From Deltaproteobacteria bacterium (GTDB lineage Bacteria > Myxococcota_A > Polyangia > Polyangiales > Houyiibacteriaceae): DNA of 64,000 nt. Under the pieces are notes generated by a model. The model had not been told where the DNA came from. It saw nothing but the letters and a program-made list of their open reading frames with translations, and searched no databases. The position numbers and the translations under genes are program-made. The stretch covers positions 32,001 to 96,000 of the forward strand of contig JAXMNT010000013.1 in the NCBI GenBank assembly GCA_034670305.1. The letters are read 5' to 3'. How positions within the stretch are numbered: position 1 is the first letter of the stretch; each line of letters opens with the position of its first letter. Positions 8,837 through 18,225 of the stretch are shown here, one piece after another.

Positions 8837-10129
8837 ATGCAGCATGTCGTAGCGATCGTCGGGGGAGCGGTTGCGGGATCCGAGGCCGCGGTGCTCTGCG
8901 CGGAACGCGGGATCTCCGCCGTCGTCTTCGAACAGGGCGACCGGCCCTACGGGAAGATCGAAGATGGTCTGCCGCGCTGGCACGACAAACTCCGCACCAA
9001 GGAGTACGCGAAGATCGACGAGAACCTCTCGCATCCGCTCGTGCGTTTCGTGCCGCGAACCCGGATCGGCACCGATCTCAGTTTCGAAGAACTGCGCAGC
9101 GCTGGCTTCAGCGCGCTGATCTTCGCGAGCGGCGCTTGGCGGGACCGGCCGCTCCCGATCGAGAACGAAGCGGACCTCGTCGGCCGCGGGCTGCTCTATC
9201 AGAACCCGCTCGTCGGCTGGTTCAACCACAGCCACGAAACCGGCGCGGAGCAGTGGGTCTTGCCCGAAGGCGCGCTCGTGGTCGGCGGCGGGCTGGCCTC
9301 GATCGACGTGGTGAAGATCCTCTCGCTCGAGACCCACGCGCGCGCGCTGCGGGCCAAGGGCATCGAGGTGGATGTGGTCGACCTCGAGCACAAAGGCATC
9401 CCACGCTTCTGCAGTGAAGCGGGCGTGGAGGTCGCGGACCTCGGCGTCGAGAAGCCGACGCTTCACTACCGCCGCACCATGGACGCGATGCCGCTCGCTT
9501 CCGCGCCGGAGGGGGCCACCGAAGCGCAGCAGGCCAAAGTGCGCGGGGCTCGGGTGAAGATCATGCAGCGGGTGATGGAGCGCTACTGCGTGGACTTCGC
9601 GCCCCTGAGCACTCCGGTGGGCGCGGTCGTGGAAGGCGGCCATCTGACCGGCCTGCAGATGGCCCGCACCGAGGTCGTCGACGGCCGGGTGAAGGTCACC
9701 GACGAGGTGGCGACCATCCGCACGCCGCTGGTCGTGGGTTCGATCGGGTCGGTCCCGGTCCCGATCCCAGGCATCCCGATGAAGGGGGAGCTGTACGACT
9801 ACGCGGACTGGAACACCGGGGAGATCCGTGGCCTGGAAGGCGTCTTCGGACTCGGCAACGTGCTCACCGGCAAAGGCAACATCAAGGACAGCCGCGCCAA
9901 CGCGCGGGAGATCACCCAGCTGCTCTTGTCGGGCCATCTGCGAGAAGCGGCGGCGCTCATGGACGAAGTGCACGCTGCGGCCCGGGCGGTGGCCGAGCCG
10001 GCGATCGACGCGGCGGCCGAGCGTGCCGCGGATGCCCCCGCGATCGATGCGCTGGTCGAAGCACGGTGGAAGGCGATCGGCTACCTCGGCAGCTACACCG
10101 CGTGGATGGAAACCCACCGCCCCGAGTAG
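8837..10129 (+). CDS. FAD-dependent oxidoreductase (ferredoxin-NADP+/adrenodoxin reductase-like)
   Basis: VAIVGGAVAG, PYGKIEDGLPRWH, VVGGGLASIDV dinucleotide-binding motifs. Confidence 0.8.
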   Translation: MQHVVAIVGGAVAGSEAAVLCAERGISAVVFEQGDRPYGKIEDGLPRWHDKLRTKEYAKIDENLSHPLVRFVPRTRIGTDLSFEELRSAGFSALIFASGAWRDRPLPIENEADLVGRGLLYQNPLVGWFNHSHETGAEQWVLPEGALVVGGGLASIDVVKILSLETHARALRAKGIEVDVVDLEHKGIPRFCSEAGVEVADLGVEKPTLHYRRTMDAMPLASAPEGATEAQQAKVRGARVKIMQRVMERYCVDFAPLSTPVGAVVEGGHLTGLQMARTEVVDGRVKVTDEVATIRTPLVVGSIGSVPVPIPGIPMKGELYDYADWNTGEIRGLEGVFGLGNVLTGKGNIKDSRANAREITQLLLSGHLREAAALMDEVHAAARAVAEPAIDAAAERAADAPAIDALVEARWKAIGYLGSYTAWMETHRPE

Positions 10130-10187
10130 GAGCTTGGCCCGTGGTCGCGGGACCGGAACCCATCGCGGGACCGGAACCCATCGGAAC

Positions 10188-10592
10188 CTATGGGGCGGGT
10201 GTGACGGCGCGGCTCTCGAGTGGTTCGCGGCCGGGTTCTTCGCAGATGCAGGCGACGAACCACGTGGTTCGGTCGGACTGGACCCGGTCGGAGTTGGGAC
10301 CGATGCGGGCGGTCGAGTAGCCCGCTTCGGTGCAGGTCGCTTCGCAGTGCTTCGCGCGGGCCCGGTCACCCGCACCGACCGCTGCGAAAGTCACGCAGCT
10401 TCCGACGACGATCAGAAGAAACGAGAGCATCAGGAGTGCGCGGGGCAGGCTGCCGTGCACTCCCCGCATCAGCTCGCCGAGCACGCGGAACTGCGCGGAC
10501 TTGCGGACACCGCCATGGCCGAACAGCACGCCCGCAAAAAGGGGCGCGCCGAGGAAGAGCAAGACGGCCCCCGCGATCATCAACGGGGTCAC
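10188..10592 (-). CDS. Hypothetical 2-TM protein with small Cys-rich extracytoplasmic domain
   Basis: Two hydrophobic helices, CEATC...CIC; fills the gap between genes. Confidence 0.65.
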   Translation of the reverse strand: MTPLMIAGAVLLFLGAPLFAGVLFGHGGVRKSAQFRVLGELMRGVHGSLPRALLMLSFLLIVVGSCVTFAAVGAGDRARAKHCEATCTEAGYSTARIGPNSDRVQSDRTTWFVACICEEPGREPLESRAVTPAP

Positions 10593-10634
10593 AGATTCAC
10601 CATCGAAACGCTACGGGCGAGCGCAGCCAAGACG

Positions 10635-11894
10635 TCAGCCGCTGTCGCCGCCGAAGATGCGGTGCTCCAGGGTGTCGGCGTACTGACATGCCTGGAAGAT
10701 GAGGGCCGCGACGTCCATGTCCCGTACGCGCGAAAGCGGGAGGAATCCCTGCGTCACGATCTTGGGCATCTCTTTTTCGCTCTCGACCAAGGTCGCCCGG
10801 GCGTAGCGGTTGGCGGGAATGCCACTGAGCAACATCTGGCTGTTCACCACGCTGCTCAACTCACCCACGTCACACTCCACGCCGAGCACGAGTTCGCCTT
10901 CACAGAACGGCTCGGATGCATCGACGAGGAAGACGCGGGCGCGGTGCCAGCGTTTCTCACCGAGCGGAACGTCGAGGTCGACGCCGCCGTCGTCCTTCTT
11001 CGCGAGCTGCTTCGCACGGAGGATCGACACGACGCCCTCGAGCCGTTTGGGCAGGTCGCCCATGCGTCCGGCCGCCGCAGCGGAGGCCAACGGCGAATGC
11101 CGGATCTCGAGCGGCGCGGGCACCGGAGTGTCCGTCAACAGGTAACGGCGCAGCAGATCGTCGAGGTCCGTGTCGGACTCGTCTTTCGGCGTCAGGAAGT
11201 CCACCGCCCGATCGATCGTCACCGGTCGACCCCACCCGACCACGAGCGGTCCGCCACCGAGCGCGGCGCGCCAAGTACGCGAGCACGAGCCGGTGTAACA
11301 AGCCGCGAACACTACGAGCTTGAGCCCCGCGTGGACCTTGTCCGAGTCGATGTCGGCCGGCTGAACCGCGCCGCCATCGCTGCACTCGATCGCGCCGTCG
11401 TCGTGTCCGTGCGCGAGCCAGAACACACCGGCCGGCACGAGTCCCTCCACGCCCTCTGCGGTTCCGTAGACGGCGCCCGTGAAGTCGTCGTGCACCGCTT
11501 CTTCGTCGACCACGCAGGTGTAGCCCACCTTGCGGAGCTCCTCGACGTCGTCGTTGATGTGCTCGCGTGCTTCCCCGAAGAGGCGCCGGTCGTTCGGCGA
11601 GTGGATCTTCAGCCCGAACAGGAAGTGGAAGACCTTGCCGTCTCCGATGCCGGTTCCGCTCGGCGCGAGCACGGTGCGTTTGTCCGGGTTGTCCGAGCGC
11701 GCTCCATCGGACCACGCTTTCGCGCCCGACTTCTTCTTCTCTTCCCAGCCTTCGGGTTTCTTGAGTTCTTTTTTCTCCGGCTTGGCTTCCGCCTTGGCCT
11801 CGGCCGGCTTGGCTGCCTCGGCAGGCTTGTCGCCGTCCGTGGCTGCGCCATCCTTGCCAAAACCGCCCTTGCCTTCTTTGCTCCAGCTACTCAT
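10635..11894 (-). CDS. Putative caspase/CHAT-like protease fused to C-terminal YbjN/CesT-like domain
   Basis: ATG 11894 after GAGG; charged N-terminal tail; VFWLAHG and LVVFAAC His/Cys dyad motifs; C-terminus resembles the neighbouring protein. Confidence 0.6.
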   Translation of the reverse strand: MSSWSKEGKGGFGKDGAATDGDKPAEAAKPAEAKAEAKPEKKELKKPEGWEEKKKSGAKAWSDGARSDNPDKRTVLAPSGTGIGDGKVFHFLFGLKIHSPNDRRLFGEAREHINDDVEELRKVGYTCVVDEEAVHDDFTGAVYGTAEGVEGLVPAGVFWLAHGHDDGAIECSDGGAVQPADIDSDKVHAGLKLVVFAACYTGSCSRTWRAALGGGPLVVGWGRPVTIDRAVDFLTPKDESDTDLDDLLRRYLLTDTPVPAPLEIRHSPLASAAAAGRMGDLPKRLEGVVSILRAKQLAKKDDGGVDLDVPLGEKRWHRARVFLVDASEPFCEGELVLGVECDVGELSSVVNSQMLLSGIPANRYARATLVESEKEMPKIVTQGFLPLSRVRDMDVAALIFQACQYADTLEHRIFGGDSG

Positions 11895-11990
11895 CGCGGA
11901 TCCTCGCTTGTCGGTGGGGCGCGGAGCATATCGCACGCGTGGTGCCGTGGGAACGAAGCGTTTCGCAGGTCTGGCTGGGGACTGTTAACG

Positions 11991-12016
11991 AAAAAAGCGC
12001 CGACCGAAGTCGACGC
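11991..12016 (-). terminator. Rho-independent terminator after the YbjN-like gene
   Basis: Minus strand GCGTCGAC-TTCG-GTCGGCGC followed by TTTTTT. Confidence 0.85.
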
Positions 12017-12039
12017 TGTTTTCGATTGGTGATCGTCTC

Positions 12040-12426
12040 TCAGAACTGGTCGGACGCGGCGAACTCTTGCTCGAGCTTGTCCGCGGTGCTCGCCACGACG
12101 TGAAGCGGAAGCTCGAACTCTTCCATATCCATCGTCGCCATCTGCACGCTGTAGCGCACGATGTAGATGTCCCGGTCGAGGCAGAGTGCACCAACGGCGA
12201 ACTGGAAGTTCTTCCGGAGGGCGACCTCGGGGTTCATCTGGTTGAGCTTGCAACAGGCGGAAGCGAAGTCACACCACTCACGGTTGAGTGCCTCGAACTT
12301 CGAGATGATGACCGCTTGCAGCCGCTTGTTCTGGTACTCGAAGACCAGCTTGAAGCTGTTATCCTTATCTTCCGCGAGCTTGTACTTGGAGCGCGCGTAT
12401 TCTTGAACTTCGGGCCAAGTCGGCAT
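12040..12426 (-). CDS. YbjN/T3SS-chaperone (CesT)-like small protein
   Basis: ATG 12426 after GAGAGG; 128 aa; ALRKN...GALCL...ADKLEQEF pattern. Confidence 0.7.
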   Translation of the reverse strand: MPTWPEVQEYARSKYKLAEDKDNSFKLVFEYQNKRLQAVIISKFEALNREWCDFASACCKLNQMNPEVALRKNFQFAVGALCLDRDIYIVRYSVQMATMDMEEFELPLHVVASTADKLEQEFAASDQF

Positions 12427-12580
12427 CGATGAACCCCTCTGCTGGTGGTTGAAGAAGCGGGACGATACCTGCGATCGACAGCGAGGCAAACCCCCTTCTT
12501 GCGACCGTGACGCCCCTCACGCCCCACAGGGCTCTTTTTGAGCGGTTCCGGCCAGGGATTGGGCCTGGACCTGGGGGCTT

Positions 12581-14161
12581 TTAGGACACCCGCCACCGCG
12601 CGCTGAGCAGCAGGTCGTCCCCATCCGGCATGGCGATCACGTGGGCGTCCTCGCACCCGATCAGCTCGAGCCCGCGCTCCAAGTACCCACAGATGCGGTC
12701 GGCGATGGCGGTCGGGAAAATCTGCCCCTCCCGGATGCGAAGCACGGCGGCGGTCTCGGTGATCTCGTCCACGAACCACTCCCCGACGTCGTAGTAGAGG
12801 CGGTAGATCTCGGCGGCCGTCGCGAGGAAGGGCGCCACCCCCTCACGCAATCCTTGCCGCCGGAACACATCGTACGGCCCTCCGTCGCCGAACGCGTAGT
12901 CCGCGCTCGCCGCACCGATGCGCACCGCCAAGGGCACTTCCTCCGGTTCCGCGAAGAGCTGCTGCGCCGCTTCGGTGAGCGCAAGCATCACCTCGCCGTC
13001 GTACCAGCTGGAGACGAGCACCGGTTTCGCCAGTGCAGCCTGAACGCGCTCGTTCGCGATCTCCACCACGCGAGCGAACCCCTCTTCGCCGTAGCAGGCC
13101 TGGATGTATTCGATGGTCGCTTTGATGGCGGCCCCTTTGACGTGCCACGTCCGCCCACGCCCGCCCTCGCGTGCGGTGCCAAGCGTGTCTTTCGCGTCGT
13201 CAAGCGCACGCGACCGTTCCAGTGCCTTCTCGATCATGCCGCGCCGCGCACGCCGCTCCCGTTCAAAGAACGACGCGGTGTAGTCGCCGACGTGAATGCG
13301 GCCCTCGTCCGCGGCGAGCGCATCCACGACCGCGCCGAGCCGATCGGCGACGAGACCCGCGGTCGGTGGGCGGGCCTCCGGTCGTTTCGCGAGGAGTTCG
13401 AAGAGGAGCTGGACCACATCCGGTGGCACGTCCTCTCGCTCGTCCATGATGTCCGCCGGGGGTTCGTGGAGGATGCGGCGCGCGCCCTCCGTCCCGTCCG
13501 ACCCATGGTAGAGGCGCCTGCCGGCGAGGCACTCCCAGAGGATGACCCCGAGCGCGAACAGGTCCGCCCGCCGGTCGGGTGGTTCGAAGCGCAGTTGTTC
13601 GGGCGCCATGTAGCCGACCTTGCCCTTGAGCATTCCGGTCGATGTCTCGCTGCGTCCCTCCATCGGATTGAGTGGCTTCGCGATTCCGAAATCGGCGATG
13701 CGTACGACGCCCGAGTAGTCGACGAGGATGTTCTGCGGCGACACGTCTCGGTGGACGACCAGCAGGCCACCTTGATCGTGGATCGCGTGGAGCCCAGCCG
13801 CGATTTGGCGCAGCGACTCCAGGCAGATCTGTACAGGCACCTCTTCGTCGAGCCGTTTGACCGCCGACACCAGTTCGGCGAGCGAGCATCCTTCGACGTA
13901 CTCCATCGCCAGGAAGGGCCCGTCTTCGTCCTCTCCGTTCTCGATCACCCGCAGCACGTTCGGATGTTCGACGTGCCCCGCGAGGGTCGCCTCCGCGCCG
14001 AGGGTCTGGCGCGCGCGTGCGTCCTCCCGCAGGTGCGGATGCAGCCGCTTGACCGCAAAGAGCGCCCCCGAGTCGTCGCCGCGCCGGACGGCGACGTAGA
14101 CGCGCCCCATGCCCCCACTGTTGATCTCGCAGAGGTGACGGTAGCCCCGAGCCTTGCCCAT
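12581..14161 (-). CDS. Hanks-type Ser/Thr protein kinase with C-terminal DUF2378/V4R-like domain
   Basis: SGGMGRV, AVK, HRDVSPQN, DFG, APE; C-terminal VKG..I...LVSSWYD segment. Confidence 0.9.
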   Translation of the reverse strand: MGKARGYRHLCEINSGGMGRVYVAVRRGDDSGALFAVKRLHPHLREDARARQTLGAEATLAGHVEHPNVLRVIENGEDEDGPFLAMEYVEGCSLAELVSAVKRLDEEVPVQICLESLRQIAAGLHAIHDQGGLLVVHRDVSPQNILVDYSGVVRIADFGIAKPLNPMEGRSETSTGMLKGKVGYMAPEQLRFEPPDRRADLFALGVILWECLAGRRLYHGSDGTEGARRILHEPPADIMDEREDVPPDVVQLLFELLAKRPEARPPTAGLVADRLGAVVDALAADEGRIHVGDYTASFFERERRARRGMIEKALERSRALDDAKDTLGTAREGGRGRTWHVKGAAIKATIEYIQACYGEEGFARVVEIANERVQAALAKPVLVSSWYDGEVMLALTEAAQQLFAEPEEVPLAVRIGAASADYAFGDGGPYDVFRRQGLREGVAPFLATAAEIYRLYYDVGEWFVDEITETAAVLRIREGQIFPTAIADRICGYLERGLELIGCEDAHVIAMPDGDDLLLSARWRVS

Positions 14162-14245
14162 TCAGGCTACTGTATCGCGCGGCGCATCCAAATGCGCGCG
14201 CGACCTGGATGAGTGGGACTTGGGCATGGCATCGCGGTTAAGAAG

Positions 14246-15910
14246 ATGGACATAGCGACAACCGGCGCAGAGGTGCACGAAGCCGTGTGCCGGGGCGCAC
14301 TTCGTGGGCTGGGCCGCGCGATCGCATCGCTGCAGCAAGACGGGTCCGAACTGGCGTCGGCATGGAGCGCGGCGATCGCGGGCGCGAGGGCGCTGGTCGA
14401 CGCCGAGGCCAAGCACCTGCCCGCCGACCTCGAGGCGCTGCGCGCGTTCGTCGGCGCACCCGTCGAAGTCCGGCGCGTGGCGTCGACTGCGTGCGTCCAC
14501 CTGGAGCGGGCGGCGCTCGTCGGATGGGACGCTGCGGAGTTGCGCGCGATCGCCGCCCTGCACCGCGAGCTGCTGGCCGCCGACAAGACACCAGACGGCC
14601 ACATCGAGCGGTCGGTGTCCCGGGTCGAGGCTTGGATCCAGTTGCTCGAAGGCGACGTCGCAGGGCTGGAGGCGATCGGCAAACGCATCTACGCCGAGGG
14701 CGCGTCGGCTCAGGATGCGTCGCTGGTCATCGACGCCACCCTCCTGCGCGCGATGGCGGCGCTCACCAAACGCGACGCCGACGACGCCAAGGCCCTTGCC
14801 CGCCGAGCCTCTCGCATGGCGCGCACCGAAGGCCTTCGGCCCGAGCGGTATCTGGCCAGCATCGTGCTGGCACGGGTTCGGCGCCGGGGCGCGCGCCCCC
14901 ACCTGGCCACCCGGATCCTCAGCGCCATCATTCCCATCGCACCGCCTCGCTGGCAGGGCTGGTTGCGCTGGGAGCGGCTGCTGGCGGGATGGCGGCCAGG
15001 CGTCTCGTCGTCGGCGTCCGAAGTGCGCGAGGCGTTGGCGCTCGCGCCGGACACGCCCTCGTCTCGGGCGGCGCGGGGACTCGTCGAATGGCTCGCCGCC
15101 GCGTCGGAAGGAAACGCTGCGGACGTCGCCGCCGCACGCGCCGGCGTGGCCAAGGAGACCGCGCAGTTCGACGACATGGCCCAAGAGCAGGTCGCGCTCG
15201 CGGCCTGCCTCGACCCATCGCTCGATGCGGATGGCTGCCCCGACGTGGTGGTGCCCTGGGTCGTCGGGGACGACGACGACACCCCGGCGGGCCTGCACGG
15301 CATCGTCGGCAACCCCGACGGTCCCGCCGACTCGACGATCGCATGCGTCGTCTGCCGACCCGACCGCAAGCCGAGGCGCATCCTGCGCATCGCGGTTCCG
15401 CTCATCGAGACGGAGACCGAGATCATTCGATTGCAACGCACGCGCCTGAGGCGCGGCCGCGTCGACACCGCGGTGGCCGCGCTCGCGCTCGCGGGCCCGG
15501 AGGGCTTGCCGGATCCAGAGCTCTTCGAGCGCGCGTACGAGTTCGAGTTCGTGCCCGCGCTGCACGCGGGCATCCTGGACGTCCTGGTGCACCGCATGCG
15601 GGCGCGCCTGGACACCGCCGCGACCGTGCACCGCAAGTCCGGCCGGCTGCGGCTCGAACCGCACGGCACCCTGGTGCTGCCCGATCCTCGGTGCGTGGAA
15701 CACGTGGAGGACCGGCTCCTGCGGGTGATCGCACGCCACGGCGGCGTGACGACGCGGCAAGCCGCCCAAGAACTCGACGTCTCGGTGCGCACCGCGCAGC
15801 TGGCGCTGCGGCGGCTTCTGGCTTCTGGAGACTGCGTGCTCAACCGCGATGGTCGCCGCGTGCAGTACATCGTCGAAGACACCACCTTCACCGAACCGAC
15901 GCGGTTCTGA
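14246..15910 (+). CDS. Helical protein with C-terminal winged-helix/HTH; putative transcription regulator
   Basis: C-terminal VLVHRMRARL and TTRQAAQELDVSVRTAQLALRRL HTH-like segments; divergent from the kinase; start uncertain. Confidence 0.6.
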   Translation: MDIATTGAEVHEAVCRGALRGLGRAIASLQQDGSELASAWSAAIAGARALVDAEAKHLPADLEALRAFVGAPVEVRRVASTACVHLERAALVGWDAAELRAIAALHRELLAADKTPDGHIERSVSRVEAWIQLLEGDVAGLEAIGKRIYAEGASAQDASLVIDATLLRAMAALTKRDADDAKALARRASRMARTEGLRPERYLASIVLARVRRRGARPHLATRILSAIIPIAPPRWQGWLRWERLLAGWRPGVSSSASEVREALALAPDTPSSRAARGLVEWLAAASEGNAADVAAARAGVAKETAQFDDMAQEQVALAACLDPSLDADGCPDVVVPWVVGDDDDTPAGLHGIVGNPDGPADSTIACVVCRPDRKPRRILRIAVPLIETETEIIRLQRTRLRRGRVDTAVAALALAGPEGLPDPELFERAYEFEFVPALHAGILDVLVHRMRARLDTAATVHRKSGRLRLEPHGTLVLPDPRCVEHVEDRLLRVIARHGGVTTRQAAQELDVSVRTAQLALRRLLASGDCVLNRDGRRVQYIVEDTTFTEPTRF

Positions 15911-15925
15911 GGTCTGGGGGATGGC

Positions 15926-17761
15926 GTGCTGAAGCGGTTGAAGGACCTGGCCGGGGCGGTGGGGAGCGCCGCCATCGGCACCGCAGGCGACTTCGTGCGC
16001 GGCGTCTCCCGGGAGACCTACCGACAAGCCATTGCGAGCGAGCTCGCGCTCTTGCCTCGGCTCGCGACCGAGACCCTGCCCTGGCTCGTGCGTTCCACCC
16101 TCCGCGGCACCGTGCTCGACGCCGTCGTGCGCCACGCCGCCAAGACCCCCCATGCGCACGCGCTCCGCCAGGAGGACGCGCGCTGGACCTGGGCCGAACT
16201 CGACGCGTGCACTTCGCGTGTGGCGTGGACGCTCGAACGGCACGGGGTTCGGCGCGGCGATGTGGTCGCTCTGCTCGGCCCCAACGCGCCGGAGTACATC
16301 GGTTGGGTGCTCGGCTGCACCCGGATCGGCGCCACGTGCGCCCTGTTGAACACGCATCTCGAAGCCGGCCCGCTGGCGCACGCCATCCGAGCGTCCGCCG
16401 CACGGCTGACCATCGCGCACGACCGGTTCTCCAGCCGGGTGGAGGCGCTCGGTTTGGAGACGCCGACGCTCGTCTACGGCCGCGCCGAAGCGCCCTGGGC
16501 CGACGCACCGAGCGCGCCCTACCCGCCCGCCGTCGTCGACGCGGAAGCGGACTACGTCTACATCTTCACCTCCGGCACCACCGGCTTTCCCAAGCCATGC
16601 CGCATCTCGCACGGCCGAGCGCTCATGGCCGGCGCGGGGTTCGCGGCTCTGATGTTCCGCTACCAGCCGGGCGACGTGCTCTACAACGTGCTGCCGCTCT
16701 ACCACGCAAGCGGCTTGATGCTCGGCGCGGGCTCCGCGCTTCTGACGGGGACCGCGATGGCGATCCGCGACGGCTTCAGCGCGCGCAGCTTCTGGAGCGA
16801 TGTGCGCCGCTACGACGCGAGCGCCATCGTCTACATCGGTGAGCTCTGCCGGTACCTCGTCAACAACGACCCCCAGCCGGACGAACGATCGCACCGGGTG
16901 CGGGTCGCGGTGGGCAACGGGCTGCGATCCGATGTGTGGCCGACCTTCGAAGCGCGGTTCGGCATCCCGGAGATCCGCGAGTTCTACGGCGCGACCGAGG
17001 CGCCCGGCGCCATCATGAACCTCACCGGGCGGGTGGGATCGGTCGGGCGGGTGCCGGTGCGGCGGAGCGGCCAGATGGTGCTCGTCCGGTACGACGTGGA
17101 CCGCGACGAACACCTTCGCGATCCGAGCGGCCATTGCATCGAGTGCGAAGCGGACGAAGTCGGCGAGTTGCTCGTGCGGCTCGCCGCCCAGCCTCTGACG
17201 GCGGCAGGCGAGTACCGCGGCTACACCGACGCGGGCGCCACCCAGTCGAAAATCTTGGAGCACGTGTTCGCGCCCGGCGACAAGTACTTCCGGACCGGGG
17301 ATCTCCTGCGACGCGACGAAGACGACTACTTCTACTTCGTCGACCGGATCGGAGACACGTTCCGCTGGAAGGGCGAGAACGTCTCGACCGCAGAGGTCGC
17401 AGACACCGTGGCCCGCGTCCCCGGCGTCGCGGAGGCGACCATCGTCGGGGTCGAGGTTCCGGGCATGGACGGACGCGCCGGCCTCGCCGCGCTCGTGCTC
17501 GAACCGGATGCGGCGTTCGACGGAGGCGCCTTCTTCGCCGCGATCCAGGAACTGCCCGCGTATGCGCAGCCGGTGTTCGTCCGCTTGATCGGCGCGCTGG
17601 AGACGACCGGCACCTACAAGATCCAGAAGGGGCGCATCCGAAAAGACGGATGCGACCCGAGCGCCATCGAAGACAGCCTCTACGTGAGAACCGGTGACAC
17701 GTACGTCACGCTGGACACGGCGATGTACGCCCGGCTGCGCGCGGGCGAACTGCGGCTCTGA
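15926..17761 (+). CDS. Long-chain acyl-CoA synthetase (FATP/FadD6-like)
   Basis: YIFTSGTTGFPK, EFYGATE, YFRTGD, DRIGDTFRWKGENVST. Confidence 0.93.
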   Translation: MLKRLKDLAGAVGSAAIGTAGDFVRGVSRETYRQAIASELALLPRLATETLPWLVRSTLRGTVLDAVVRHAAKTPHAHALRQEDARWTWAELDACTSRVAWTLERHGVRRGDVVALLGPNAPEYIGWVLGCTRIGATCALLNTHLEAGPLAHAIRASAARLTIAHDRFSSRVEALGLETPTLVYGRAEAPWADAPSAPYPPAVVDAEADYVYIFTSGTTGFPKPCRISHGRALMAGAGFAALMFRYQPGDVLYNVLPLYHASGLMLGAGSALLTGTAMAIRDGFSARSFWSDVRRYDASAIVYIGELCRYLVNNDPQPDERSHRVRVAVGNGLRSDVWPTFEARFGIPEIREFYGATEAPGAIMNLTGRVGSVGRVPVRRSGQMVLVRYDVDRDEHLRDPSGHCIECEADEVGELLVRLAAQPLTAAGEYRGYTDAGATQSKILEHVFAPGDKYFRTGDLLRRDEDDYFYFVDRIGDTFRWKGENVSTAEVADTVARVPGVAEATIVGVEVPGMDGRAGLAALVLEPDAAFDGGAFFAAIQELPAYAQPVFVRLIGALETTGTYKIQKGRIRKDGCDPSAIEDSLYVRTGDTYVTLDTAMYARLRAGELRL

Positions 17762-17767
17762 TTCGGG

Positions 17768-18208
17768 TTACCCCTTGGGCGCGCCAAGGGACCGTTTGTC
17801 GGGCGGCGGTATCGAGTAGGTCACGCTCGCGCGGGCCACCGGCCCGTCGACATCTGGGTGGTGCATGAGGACGTCTCCGACCGCGAGGCGTTTGCCGAGC
17901 TTGAGCATGCGGGCGGTGGCGGTGACCGCGCCGGCCGGCGGGCGCCGGAGGAAGTCGATGTTGAGGTTCGTCGTGACGGTCAATGCGACCGGCCCGATGA
18001 GGCTCAGGATCAGAAAGTAGAAAGCGGTGTCGGCCATCGTCATCAACACCGGTCCGCTGATGGTTCCGCCGGGCCGCAAATGGTTGCCGTCCGGGTCGTC
18101 GCCGAGTTCGATGGTGAGTTCACCATCGCCGAGGCGCACGACACCGGCGAACCCATGCGCCTGCGGAAACACCCGCTTCACGAACGCCTCGATGTCTTCG
18201 GCGGTCAT
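17768..18208 (-). CDS. PaaI-family hotdog thioesterase
   Basis: HLRPGGTISGPVLMTMADTA, TTNLNIDFLR. Confidence 0.9.
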   Translation of the reverse strand: MTAEDIEAFVKRVFPQAHGFAGVVRLGDGELTIELGDDPDGNHLRPGGTISGPVLMTMADTAFYFLILSLIGPVALTVTTNLNIDFLRRPPAGAVTATARMLKLGKRLAVGDVLMHHPDVDGPVARASVTYSIPPPDKRSLGAPKG

Positions 18209-18225
18209 CACGTGTTGCCACGCCG

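Noticed and set aside
10145-10188. 18-bp tandem duplication TCGCGGGACCGGAACCCA
   Set aside because: Only two copies plus a fragment between convergent genes; no further evidence of function
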